A stretch of DNA of 64,000 nt, from assembly GCA_963665115.1 (NCBI GenBank), contig OY762007.1, positions 2,176,001 to 2,240,000 of the forward strand, written 5' to 3'. Shown one piece after another: positions 1 to 11,176 of this stretch. The stretch's first letter is position 1; the number at the start of each line of letters is the position of its first letter. Made by a program: the position numbers and the translations under genes. The notes beneath the pieces were generated by a model. It made no database searches, was not told where the DNA came from, and saw only the letters and a program-made list of their open reading frames with translations. This stretch comes from an uncultured Rivularia sp. Its GTDB lineage: Bacteria; Cyanobacteriota; Cyanobacteriia; Cyanobacteriales; Nostocaceae.

Positions 1-2
1 AT

Positions 3-857
3 GGTGTTCCAGTAATTGTTACTGGTTTACTAGATTCCATGAATAGTTGGGATTTGGATTTTCTACGTGAAAAGTTAGGAAATCAGGAATTTCCAGTTCG
101 TTTTAACGGATGGGAAAGATATAAAAAAGATAAAAAGGCGTGGAACAATATTGGTAGCGGTGTTGAGTCGCGCACTCTTTCTTTTAATGAATACGCCGAT
201 TTACTATCATCCAAAGAAGCCCACAAAAATGATATTTATCTTGGCAGATGCGCTTTAAAAAAAACACCACTTGCCGATACACCAGCACTTACAGAAGCTG
301 ATGCCAAACTTGGTTTAAAAATGCCAGGTACCAGCCCTAACCTGTGGGTATGCCCCGGAAGTCATATAACTCCTTTGCATTACGATCCCCTCGATGGTAC
401 CTTGATACAGATTCATGGTGAAAAGCGACTTCTACTATTTCCGCCATCTCAAACCTATAATCTTTATCCACTATCATTATTTAATTATTTACGGCATGGT
501 TTAAAGCTGCGAGCTAATTACTCTCAGGTATATCCTGAAAAACCAGATTTAGAAAAATTTCCGAAATTCGAGAAAGCACTTGCTCATCGTTACGAAGTGA
601 TTCTCAAACAAGGTGAAATTCTATTTATTCCTGCGGGATGGTGGCATGAAGTAACTTCTTTGGGTGATGGAGTTGTCTGCTCAATTAATCGTTTTTGGCA
701 CGTTTTACCTTTAACAAGAGCAGCAACTTCCTGGAATAAATGGCGCTTACATCTTGGCGCTTTGATGACTGCACCTCATATTACAAAAACTTGGATAGCT
801 GCCATATTTAGTAAAGATAGAGAACAAAAGATACGTCATTTAGTGCAAAGACTGTGA
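3..857 (+). CDS. JmjC/cupin-like (Cupin_8) 2OG-Fe(II) dioxygenase, 5' end outside the window
   Basis: Frame is open from base 3 (GVPVIVTGLLDSM...). Contains the TPLHYD (HxD) and GEILFIPAGWWHEV motifs of JmjC hydroxylases. Confidence 0.85.
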   Translation, partial: GVPVIVTGLLDSMNSWDLDFLREKLGNQEFPVRFNGWERYKKDKKAWNNIGSGVESRTLSFNEYADLLSSKEAHKNDIYLGRCALKKTPLADTPALTEADAKLGLKMPGTSPNLWVCPGSHITPLHYDPLDGTLIQIHGEKRLLLFPPSQTYNLYPLSLFNYLRHGLKLRANYSQVYPEKPDLEKFPKFEKALAHRYEVILKQGEILFIPAGWWHEVTSLGDGVVCSINRFWHVLPLTRAATSWNKWRLHLGALMTAPHITKTWIAAIFSKDREQKIRHLVQRL

Positions 858-993
858 GGATTTTGGATTTGAGATTTTGGATTAAAAATTGTAGAGACGT
901 AGCACTGCTACGTCTTTATAGGAGTGAGGAGTTAGGAATGAGTAGCAAGTAGCAAGTAGCAAGTAATAAGTAATAAGTAATAAGTAATAAGTA
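858..993. repeat. Composite intergenic repeat: GATTTTG heptamers, a GTAGAGACG palindrome and (AGTAGCA)3(AGTAATA)4 STRR tracts
   Basis: Read directly from sequence; a similar composite lies at 22757-22863. Confidence 0.8.
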
Positions 994-1104
994 TTAAGGA
1001 GTTAAGAGTTTTAAATTACTCTTTATCTCCCCGTCTCGCCATCTCCTCATCTCCCCCTCTCTTTCCCATTCCTTCCAACAATTAAAATTTTATAGATTTC
1101 AAAT

Positions 1105-1866
1105 ATGCAAAACTTATCAAAGATAGTCGTTAAGCAATTAGAAAAATTACTAACCAAAGATGGTTGGTTGGAAAGGTTAATCGCGAAAAACTCTTTGGTT
1201 GGCGATTCTGTTTTTTTTGAAAATGAACAGTTTCCTTGGAGCAAAGATTTAGAAGCTAACTGGATGGTGATTCGCAAAGAATTGGATGGGGTGCTGGAAA
1301 GAGTAGACGAGTTACCTAATTTTCAGGATATTTCTAAGCGTCAATCGCGGATTGCCAACGATAATCGCTGGAAAACCTACTTTTTCTATGCATTCGGGTT
1401 TAAAGCTACTAAAAACTGCGAAAGATGTCCCGAAACTACTAAGTTAATCGAACAAATACCGGGAATGAAAGTAGCATTTTTCTCGATTCTTGCTCCCGGT
1501 AAACATATCCCCAAACATCGCGGTAAGCTCAAGACTATGATTCGCTACCATTTGGGTTTAATTGTTCCACAGCCCAAAGAAAATTGTAAAATTCAAGTAG
1601 CTGATGAAATTAAATATTGGGAAGAAGGTAAAAGTTTAATTTTCGACGATACTTTTTACCATGAAGTTTGGAATGATACGGATGGCTACCGTGTAGTTTT
1701 ATTCTTAGATATTGCTCGCCCTTTAAAATTTCCACTTTCTTTTATTAGTTCGTTAGCTAATAAATTTATTACTGCAACTCCCATAGTTAAAGATGCTAAA
1801 GCTAGTCATAAAGCTTGGGAAGATAAGTTTGAAGCTGAGAATAAATCCAAGGAATTGGTTTCTTAG
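1105..1866 (+). CDS. Aspartyl/asparaginyl beta-hydroxylase family 2OG-Fe(II) dioxygenase (LpxO/OlsC-like)
   Basis: Motifs FFSILAPGKHIPKHRG, RYHLGL, FDDTFYHEVWN and RVVLFLD. Confidence 0.88.
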   Translation: MQNLSKIVVKQLEKLLTKDGWLERLIAKNSLVGDSVFFENEQFPWSKDLEANWMVIRKELDGVLERVDELPNFQDISKRQSRIANDNRWKTYFFYAFGFKATKNCERCPETTKLIEQIPGMKVAFFSILAPGKHIPKHRGKLKTMIRYHLGLIVPQPKENCKIQVADEIKYWEEGKSLIFDDTFYHEVWNDTDGYRVVLFLDIARPLKFPLSFISSLANKFITATPIVKDAKASHKAWEDKFEAENKSKELVS

Positions 1867-1921
1867 TTCGTAGTAGCGCTTTAGCGCCTCTTATCGGATG
1901 CGCTGAAGCGCTACTACGAAC
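1866..1921. repeat. GTAG-type REP-like inverted pair between convergent genes; possible bidirectional terminator
   Basis: gttcgtagtagcgcttt...aagcgctactacgaac inverted repeat; related copies at 6161-6219 and 14886-14933. Confidence 0.7.
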
Positions 1922-1927
1922 CTTTTT

Positions 1928-3184
1928 TCATCTACGAGCAAACCGTTTTCTTTTACGAAATAATCTTGATAAACTAAACCATAAAATTATTCCAACGGTT
2001 GATAATGCTAGTAAAAGTTGCCATAACGGTTTTGGTAGCATTAAATCGTATATTAAATCGTCAAATATATTTTTTTCAATAGCGGCTGTATTGGGATTAA
2101 TAACTCCAACATCTCCGACTATATCCATTTTCGTTTTTAACGCTAAACTTCTTTCTTGAACTTTTTTCAAAAGCTTTTGGCTTCTGTCTCCCTTTAAGAA
2201 AAAAGGCTGTGCTAAATCTTGATTTTCCCCAGCTACTGGCAGGATTTCAATACTATTAATTTGCTTAGAAGTTAAAATAAATTTGGCTAAAAAATTATCT
2301 GTCCAAAACGGATGATTGTGACCGAAAATAAAATTACCCAAGCAGTAAATTATAGGTTTATTTTTATAAATTTCTATCCCTTGCGGAAAATGGGGATGGT
2401 GCCCAAGAATAATGTCAGCACCAGAATCTATGGATTTATGCGCTAAACTGCGAACCCAAAATGGTGGCTTTTTACTGTCATTGAGTCCCCAGTGAAAAGA
2501 TAATATTACATAATCCACTTTCTGTCGTAATTTTTGAATATCTTCTCGAATTAACGATAAATCTGTAGGCATTACACCAGCACGATTCGGCTTTGCATAA
2601 CTCGAATCGCCGGAATTTTCTGACATTGTATAAGCAAGAAAACCCAAACGAATACCATTTTTTTCGCTAATAAATGGCAGTCGTGCTGAAGCCAAATCTT
2701 TACCGCTACCAACAGCAGGTAAATTAACTTGAGATAAACTGGTTAAAGTATCTTTTAATCCTGCAACTCCAGCATCAAGAGCGTGATTGTTAGCAGTAGA
2801 AACCACATCAACGCCAGCCCATTTTAATCCTGCGGCAAAAGCAGTTGGTGCTAAAAAAGCACCTTTTCTCTTAGCAGTATCCGATAAGGGAGCTTCTAAA
2901 TTAACAAAAGCAATATCGGCATCTTCTAGTACAGGCTTTATCTTTTGAAATGGATAACGCGCTTCTTCCTGTTTTGATGCAAAATCTAAATCGTATCGAA
3001 TAATTTGCCGGTGAAATAAACTTTCCTTTGACATCCTCGACCATTCTACATCCCCACCAGCGAGCAAAGTTACCTGAGATTGTGGTTGTGCGATCGCAGT
3101 TTGTGCGGGGAAGCCGAATGCAATTGCTAAATACCCGATAAATATTATTCTCGCGCACGAAGCTATTTTGAAAAGCTTATTCAT
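1928..3184 (-). CDS. CapA/PGA_cap family metallophosphoesterase with signal peptide and C-terminal TM anchor
   Basis: Motifs AGGD, NLEAP, ANNHALD, SFHWG, GHHPH and YCLGNF; hydrophobic N- and C-termini. Confidence 0.88.
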   Translation of the reverse strand: MNKLFKIASCARIIFIGYLAIAFGFPAQTAIAQPQSQVTLLAGGDVEWSRMSKESLFHRQIIRYDLDFASKQEEARYPFQKIKPVLEDADIAFVNLEAPLSDTAKRKGAFLAPTAFAAGLKWAGVDVVSTANNHALDAGVAGLKDTLTSLSQVNLPAVGSGKDLASARLPFISEKNGIRLGFLAYTMSENSGDSSYAKPNRAGVMPTDLSLIREDIQKLRQKVDYVILSFHWGLNDSKKPPFWVRSLAHKSIDSGADIILGHHPHFPQGIEIYKNKPIIYCLGNFIFGHNHPFWTDNFLAKFILTSKQINSIEILPVAGENQDLAQPFFLKGDRSQKLLKKVQERSLALKTKMDIVGDVGVINPNTAAIEKNIFDDLIYDLMLPKPLWQLLLALSTVGIILWFSLSRLFRKRKRFARR

Positions 3185-3307
3185 TGGGGTTAGTAGTCCA
3201 CTAAAGGAACTATATAGGGTTGATAATCAGAAATTTTTTCTTCCCCCTCTCCCCCTCTTCCCCTTCCCCGTCTTCACCTGGCAATTTTGGCTTGGTGAGC
3301 AGCTAGT

Positions 3308-4510
3308 TTACTTATCATATTGTGCTGTTTCAAGTGCTTTACCTTGTTGAATGCTCAAAAACGTAGTTATTAAAGCTACGCCTGCTCCTACAAAAAATAC
3401 CCCAATTCCGGCATATTTCCAAACTGGCCCGAGCAAAATAGGCGAGAAAAATTGTCCTAAATTACTAGCCCCCGTTCCGATAGCTAAAACGCTAGAACGT
3501 ACTTCTCTCGGAGTTGATTTAGATAAAGCATCGTACAAATTAGGCATGACAATACCAAATCCCATGCCGAAAATAATTGCTGTGGGCAGAATCAAATAAA
3601 CTTGTTCTACAAAAGGTATAGTAATCAATGTTACTGCCATTAAGATAAAACCCAAGGCAATAGCTTTAGCGCTTCCCACACGCTTTGCTAATTTGCTGGC
3701 ACCTACGGCAGAAATAACGGCCGCACCAATGGCTCGCGATGCCAAAATTGCTCCATTAAGAACCGTATCGGCTCCGATTGCTTTTTTAAAATGTAGGGGA
3801 GCGTAGACAATAACTACATAAAAGATTGCAGATGACAAGGCTAAAGCTGTAAATAAGGTTAAAGTACTACTAGCTCTCAAGCTTTCAATTAATTTATCTT
3901 TTTGACCTAAATTGATTGATGAAGAACCTTGACGTTTGCGCTTTGGTAATAAAAAGTGGGCAAGTAACGCTGCTGGTAAAGCCAAACCATACATAAAAAA
4001 GGTAAATCGCCAATTGTATTTACCAAGTAAACCACCAAGAAGAGGAAAAATAATGCTGGCGATCGCCAATGCACTGGTTGTGTAACCCAAAACGCGGGTT
4101 CGCTTCTCTCCTTCATACATACTGCTGAGAATGCCGATACTCGCAGCTGCAATTCCCCCGCTGGCAGCCCCTAACAATGCTCGCGATATTAATAAAGGCG
4201 TAAAGCTGTTTGCAAAAGCCCCAGCAGTACCGAAAATTGCGTAGCAAATAAGTGATGGAATTAGCACTTTTACCTTTCCAATACGGTCGGCTAATATACC
4301 AAATATTGGACTAAACAAGAAGATTGTTAGGCAGTGCATACTAACCAGAATTCCCGACCACCGGGGATCGATTAAAAGTTGATCTTTAACCTCCGGCATC
4401 ACTGGTGCTACTAAGCTTCCCGTCATGGTGGTTAAGCTGCCACAAGCAAGTAGTACTAATAATATAGGAATTTGTTTGCGAGTTTCTTGAGTTAGAAACG
4501 AGGTAGACAT
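3308..4510 (-). CDS. MFS transporter
   Basis: About 12 hydrophobic segments; motif A GILADRIGK. Confidence 0.9.
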   Translation of the reverse strand: MSTSFLTQETRKQIPILLVLLACGSLTTMTGSLVAPVMPEVKDQLLIDPRWSGILVSMHCLTIFLFSPIFGILADRIGKVKVLIPSLICYAIFGTAGAFANSFTPLLISRALLGAASGGIAAASIGILSSMYEGEKRTRVLGYTTSALAIASIIFPLLGGLLGKYNWRFTFFMYGLALPAALLAHFLLPKRKRQGSSSINLGQKDKLIESLRASSTLTLFTALALSSAIFYVVIVYAPLHFKKAIGADTVLNGAILASRAIGAAVISAVGASKLAKRVGSAKAIALGFILMAVTLITIPFVEQVYLILPTAIIFGMGFGIVMPNLYDALSKSTPREVRSSVLAIGTGASNLGQFFSPILLGPVWKYAGIGVFFVGAGVALITTFLSIQQGKALETAQYDK

Positions 4511-4779
4511 ATAAATAAAAAAATCCTTAATTTTGTTTGGTATCGAAAAGGTATTAAAACTAACTTCTAAAGATTTCCCCGCTTTCGGTATTCTTTTTTG
4601 ATTAATGGTTATTTGTTTAAAAAGAAGTGAATTAACGATATTAGTGCATTACAAGTAGAATAAACTAATTTATTAACGATGAATAGCTAAATTTGATCGC
4701 AAAATCCCCTCCGATAAAATTGTTGGAGGGGAAATAGTACTTTATATTTTGAATCGTTTTAAGCTTGAAGTGTTCCGCT

Positions 4780-6105
<1,326 letters not shown>

Positions 6106-6160
6106 TTAAAAAGAAGTGAATAAAATATAATTTACTTTGTTCCTTATCTAAGTGTTTGAT

Positions 6161-6219
6161 AGGTTTGTAGCAAGGACTTTAATCCTCGGATTTAGGGCTA
6201 AAGCCCCTACTACGAACCT
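6161..6219. repeat. GTAG-type REP-like inverted pair
   Basis: aggtttgtagcaaggacttta...taaagcccctactacgaacct. Confidence 0.6.
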
Positions 6220-6227
6220 TTTTATCA

Positions 6228-7061
6228 TTACTTCTGCGGAAGCTTGACGTTGGTTGCTAATCCGAGGAATTGCAATAATCTAATCGTCATCCAAGTCATG
6301 TCAATTTCCCACCATTTCAATCCATGACGTGCGGAATATTGAAAAGCATGATGATTATTATGCCAACCTTCACCAAAAGTCAGCAGAGCAACCCACCAAC
6401 AGTTGGTAGAGCGATCGCCTGAATCTTGATTGCGATAGCCGATGGTATGACAAGCACTGTTGACGAACATAGTAGAGTGAATGCCGACAAACAAGCGTAC
6501 AAATGTTCCCCAAACTACAAAAGGCCATCCACCAAGCAAATATAAAATAACTCCTAACGCGACTTGCAGTTCAATATAATAACGATGGCAGAAACGATAA
6601 AATGCATCGTCGGCAATATCTTTTGTCATGCGTGGAAGTTCGGGTTTAGCAGGCACCGTATGCATTAACCAGCCGATGTGACTCCACCAGAAACCTTCAT
6701 TGGGTGTATGAGGATCTCCTTTTTCGTCGGAATGTAAATGATGTACTCGGTGATATCCAACCCAGCCCATCACACCTCCTTGAAGTGCCAAAGTCCCGCA
6801 CAAAATCAAGAAATACTCCAGCCATTTGGGAACTTGTAAGCTGCGATGGGTTGCTAAACGATGAAATCCGAAAGCAATTCCCAAACCAATAGTCATCCAG
6901 TGCAATAACACTGCGACTCCTACAGCAGCCCAGCTAAAGTTTTGGGGTAAAAATGCTAATAAGACTGCTAGATGAAGAATGACAGTAAAAATAATCACCT
7001 TCAATCGGGGAGAAGGTGGATTTAATTGAGGTAAAGAAACTGGAGATAAATTGGTAGTCAT
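6228..7061 (-). CDS. Delta-9-type membrane acyl-lipid desaturase (DesC-like paralog)
   Basis: His boxes HRLATH, HRVHH and HNNHH plus GEGWHNNHH. Start at ATG 7061 preferred because the longer ORF begins in a repeat. Confidence 0.88.
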   Translation of the reverse strand: MTTNLSPVSLPQLNPPSPRLKVIIFTVILHLAVLLAFLPQNFSWAAVGVAVLLHWMTIGLGIAFGFHRLATHRSLQVPKWLEYFLILCGTLALQGGVMGWVGYHRVHHLHSDEKGDPHTPNEGFWWSHIGWLMHTVPAKPELPRMTKDIADDAFYRFCHRYYIELQVALGVILYLLGGWPFVVWGTFVRLFVGIHSTMFVNSACHTIGYRNQDSGDRSTNCWWVALLTFGEGWHNNHHAFQYSARHGLKWWEIDMTWMTIRLLQFLGLATNVKLPQK

Positions 7062-7282
7062 GAATTTTTTTGCCCTACACCTACTTAAAGATAAAAGATA
7101 ATTTTTTGATACATTTAATACTGTGTTCCGTTCATACAGCGCTTTTCGTTTTAGTGCAATAACTTCGGGCAACCTCACCCCCTTCCCCTCTCCTTATTAA
7201 GCGGGAGGCGGGGTGAGGTTAAGTAAATTTCTGTACATACTCTAATGTCGGAACTCGGCATTAAGTAATTCTCAGATATGCT

Positions 7283-8878
7283 CTAAATAACCAAAGATTC
7301 GTTCATCTCAACTTGCTGAGACTTTTCTTTGATATTCGCTGCACGATAATCGGCTATTTGCCCTTCAATTTCATTCTGGACAACTTGACGGTAATCAATA
7401 TGATGCTCTAAAAGAGCGCACATAGTTACGTAAGAGATTAATACACTAGGATTATGCTTAAGTATCCCGAAAAGTTGACTCCAGAATTGGAATCGCGTAT
7501 TTCGTTTAATACCCTGTCGCCAAACAATAATTAATAGTGCTTTTAATTCTATTAACTCTGGCATTTTAAACTCTTTCTTGTAAGGGCGAGGCTGCATTTC
7601 CAGGTAATGGCGATAAACCCTTCCCAAGTATTTCTTTGGTTCGTATAATTCCCAGAAACACTTGACATATTCGGAGGCTAATTCTTCTATGGGACGAGTT
7701 GGAATAAAGTTAGTTAAAGAGGTTGTTTGATTGCCCGTATTGCCTTTTTGGTCAATTTCTAACAAACGCCCTTCTTTTTCTAATCGATGCCATAATGCTG
7801 TATTTGGTAGAGCTTGCAGCAAACCAAACATTGCATTCGGAATTGCAGTCGTCTCCACAAAATCAATAATGCGATCGCCTGCTCCTGCTTTTTCTCCGTC
7901 GAAACCGAGAATAAAGCCAGCCATGACTCGCAAGCCTTTACGATTAATTTTCTGAACGGCTTCTACTAAAGAATCGCGAGTGTTTTGATGCTTTTTCGTT
8001 AATGACAAACTATCCGTATCGGGTGTCTCAATTCCCAAAAATACAGAGCTAAAGTTAGCAGCAATCATTAAATCGAGCAATTCATCGTCTTGTGCTAAAT
8101 CTACTGAAGCTTCTGTTTGCAAGCTAAAGGGATAACCCCGCTCTACCATCCAAGGAATCAGTTCTTTGAGTAGAAGCTTGACATTACGTTTATTGCCGAT
8201 GAAATTATCATCTACCATAAACACCGAATGCCGCCAGCCTAAATCATACAGTGTTTGTAATTCCCCCAGCAGTTGTGCTGGAGACTTTGTACGCGGTTTG
8301 CGTCCGTAAAGTACGATAATGTCGCAAAATTCACACTGATAAGGACAACCACGGGAAAACTGCACCGACATATCGCTGTAAGCGCTTATTTCCAGTAAAT
8401 CGTATCTTGGTATCGGCGTAGTAGTAATATCGGGCTTTTCACCATTTGAGCGGAATATCCCCGAAGTTTCCCCTCTTTGAAGTGCTTCTACAAATAGAGG
8501 TAAAGTTATTTCTCCTTCATCTAGAACCAAAAAATCTACCCCTGCGGCTTGGGCTTCTTGGGGTACGGAAGTTACGTAAGGACCTCCCACCGCGACTAAT
8601 TTGTTACGCCGTTTTGCTTCGCGGATTAAGTGCAGCATATCTGGTTTCTGGACAATCATTCCGGAAACAACGATCAATTCTGCCCATTCCCAATCAGCTT
8701 CGGTTTCAGGAGCAATATTACGGTCAACTAGTCGAAAATCCCAATCTTGAGGTAGAATAGCCGCTACCGTAATCATCCCCAGAGGAGGAACAGTTACTTT
8801 ACATCCAATTAGTTCTATACTTTTGTCGAAAGACCAAAAAGATTTTGGAAACTGAGGATATAGCAGTAAAACTCGCAT
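7283..8878 (-). CDS. Cobalamin-binding radical SAM protein (DUF4070/HpnP-like class B methyltransferase family)
   Basis: N-terminal PPLGMITVAA B12-binding region; SRGCPYQCEFC (CxxxCxxC); VDDNFIGNK. Confidence 0.88.
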   Translation of the reverse strand: MRVLLLYPQFPKSFWSFDKSIELIGCKVTVPPLGMITVAAILPQDWDFRLVDRNIAPETEADWEWAELIVVSGMIVQKPDMLHLIREAKRRNKLVAVGGPYVTSVPQEAQAAGVDFLVLDEGEITLPLFVEALQRGETSGIFRSNGEKPDITTTPIPRYDLLEISAYSDMSVQFSRGCPYQCEFCDIIVLYGRKPRTKSPAQLLGELQTLYDLGWRHSVFMVDDNFIGNKRNVKLLLKELIPWMVERGYPFSLQTEASVDLAQDDELLDLMIAANFSSVFLGIETPDTDSLSLTKKHQNTRDSLVEAVQKINRKGLRVMAGFILGFDGEKAGAGDRIIDFVETTAIPNAMFGLLQALPNTALWHRLEKEGRLLEIDQKGNTGNQTTSLTNFIPTRPIEELASEYVKCFWELYEPKKYLGRVYRHYLEMQPRPYKKEFKMPELIELKALLIIVWRQGIKRNTRFQFWSQLFGILKHNPSVLISYVTMCALLEHHIDYRQVVQNEIEGQIADYRAANIKEKSQQVEMNESLVI

Positions 8879-8977
8879 TTATATAGCAATTTAGAAAAAC
8901 ATTGCCGAAGTGGTTTTGATGGCTGAAATCCGAGAATTGAAGATTTTAATTATCTATATTTTTTACTTTTTTACTAT

Positions 8978-8993
8978 TGTAGTTGTGGATACA
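8978..8993. promoter_or_regulatory. Candidate NtcA/CRP-type site TGTA-N8-TACA
   Basis: TGTAGTTGTGGATACA about 100 bp upstream of the radical SAM start; no canonical -10 box 22 nt downstream. Confidence 0.35.
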
Positions 8994-9931
8994 CTTTTTT
9001 TTGAATTGCGGCACAAACCATAAAAAAATACGTTTATTAGATCGAGAAAACCTTCGTCTAAAATCTTTTGTTTTTGCTAAGTTGATCGATCGTTAATATG
9101 AGGGATTTGTAAATTACTGCGACCTAACTTCTTCTGTATTTGGCAATAAGGTCGCTTTTGGGTAATGATAAGTAAAACAAAAACTGCATCAAGACGCAAG
9201 GAAAAAAATATAAATTTATTGTTATTACAAGATTATTGATGGATTTGTTCCCAGAGATGTTTCCTTAAATTTAATATTACAGTTAGAAACTACTTAACTT
9301 TTGATTGTGTATCAATGTATCTCAGCTTCTCAGTATTGAAACGGTTTTTTTAATAATCTGAGTTTAAGCCTTTTATATTGTGCTTAGAAGTTAAAGTTTA
9401 ATTTATACGATACAATCGGCTATGAAATTTTACCGGGTAAGAGCTAATAAATACATAGACCACATTTATTTATCGAGTTTTATAAAGAAGGCTCATGCAC
9501 AAAAAATCCATATATTTGATGTGCGAGCATAAGATTTATATATCAGAAAAGCAAACAATTTATGGTTTTAGATATTTCAGTAATTAAACGTATCATAAAA
9601 TATAATTATGTTGTAAGCAACACTTTTATCTTGTCAGTGTAAACAATATACAACTAAATAAACAAGAACATAAAAGTGTCATAAGGCACTCGACATTTGC
9701 GAAAAATCGGATAAAACTATGGAAGAAAAGTGACATTTGGGCGATTGAAAACTAAAATGCCTAAGATAATGGTTTTTCGTAGATTTTTGGTTTGTTTTGC
9801 CATAAGTTCTTGCTTAATTACTGAGAACTTTGTAAATTTCTAATAAGATTGTCGGCAAGTCTTCTAGAATGATACGCTAACTTTCTGTCGTAATTGCTCA
9901 TATAGTTAATTACTTATTAGGGAGTATCGTA

Positions 9932-11056
9932 ATGGAAATAGCTCCAATGCTAAGGAGCCAAACCGTTCAAAATCAAGTGCGCGAAGTCGGTATTAATCCA
10001 AATTATTGGTATCCCGCAACTTGGGCTTCGGAACTAAAACCAGGTGATGTAATACCCGTAATGATTTGGAATTCGGCGATCGCACTTTACCGTTCCCAGG
10101 ATGGTCAAGTTCACGCTATGGAAGATGCCTGCCCGCATAAAGGTATAGCTTTACACAAAGGTAAAGTAGCTGGAGAAAACCTTACCTGTCCTTATCACGG
10201 TTGGGAGTTTAACGGTGATGGGGTGTGTACCAACATTCCTTATTTTCCTAAAGACCAAAAATTGCCCTGTGCTTCTTCACGTAGCTATGCGGTGCGAGAA
10301 AAATTTAATTTGATCTGGATTTTTCCGGGAGCGATTGAAGATTCAGAAACAGTCGAATTTCCTTCGATTCCAGAATATGATGACCCAAACTGGCTAGCTA
10401 TTCCCATACCGGGAGAGTTTAAAGCTCATTTCTCCATCTGTAACGAAAACACGATGGACGTGTTCCACGGCTATTTACATGAAAACTTGCAGGGCTGGTT
10501 CGATCCAGAACTAATAAGTTTGAAAGCCTCCGATGCATCGGTATTTGCTATGGGTCGAGTATCTTATCAAGGTTGGATGACCAAGTTTTTCGGATTCAGC
10601 GAACAAGGGAACGAAGTTACTACTCGTACTGTCACAATTAAATATAACTATCCCCATTACCATAGTTCTTTGGAAGGAATGTCTTCCCTTTATTTGATGC
10701 GTCAACCAGTGGGGGCACAATTAACAAAATCTTTTTCCCTATTGTTTATCAAAATTCGCCTTCCTCAATGGTTTGTAAAACCGTTACAAAAACCGATAAC
10801 AAAAATCATTTGGCGGTTTATCTTGAAAAGTTTTCTCGATCAAGACACCGAGATGATTGAAAGCGAACAACAAACCTACCTAGCTAATCCCCAAAGACGT
10901 TATGTAGAAATTAATCCAGCAATCATTGCCCTACAACGGGTAATTGTCGGTCAATATGAAAAATTTGTGCAACAATCTAAAAAACTATCCAATGGCAATA
11001 ATGGTAATCACGCATCTTCGGTTGGTGAAATTAAATCAAATTTAACTTCTACTTAG
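9932..11056 (+). CDS. Rieske non-heme iron oxygenase (alpha-subunit type)
   Basis: CPHKG...CPYHGW Rieske ligands; ENTMDVFHGYLH and LDQD mononuclear iron ligands; upstream GGGAG RBS. Confidence 0.9.
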   Translation: MEIAPMLRSQTVQNQVREVGINPNYWYPATWASELKPGDVIPVMIWNSAIALYRSQDGQVHAMEDACPHKGIALHKGKVAGENLTCPYHGWEFNGDGVCTNIPYFPKDQKLPCASSRSYAVREKFNLIWIFPGAIEDSETVEFPSIPEYDDPNWLAIPIPGEFKAHFSICNENTMDVFHGYLHENLQGWFDPELISLKASDASVFAMGRVSYQGWMTKFFGFSEQGNEVTTRTVTIKYNYPHYHSSLEGMSSLYLMRQPVGAQLTKSFSLLFIKIRLPQWFVKPLQKPITKIIWRFILKSFLDQDTEMIESEQQTYLANPQRRYVEINPAIIALQRVIVGQYEKFVQQSKKLSNGNNGNHASSVGEIKSNLTST

Positions 11057-11176
11057 GAAGGTGGTACATCATCTGATATAACAGATTGGTTAATTGTACA
11101 AAGTAAAAAAGTAAATTTTCAACTGCAAACATATATTAAAAGCCCATAGGCAAATATTAGGTGAGAGGAGTTATTT

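Noticed and set aside
1928..3184. Poly-gamma-glutamate capsule locus
   Set aside because: Only a CapA-family gene is present, with no capB/capC; the family is widespread on its own.
7062..7178. N-terminal extensions given by the ORF track (desaturase; also gmd2 from 38074, CAP protein from 49203, crtR from 55561)
   Set aside because: They do not resemble the respective families, and better downstream ATG starts exist.
7283..8878. Calling the radical SAM gene hpnP
   Set aside because: Cyanobacteria have several DUF4070 paralogs and no hopanoid genes are nearby; phylogeny is needed.
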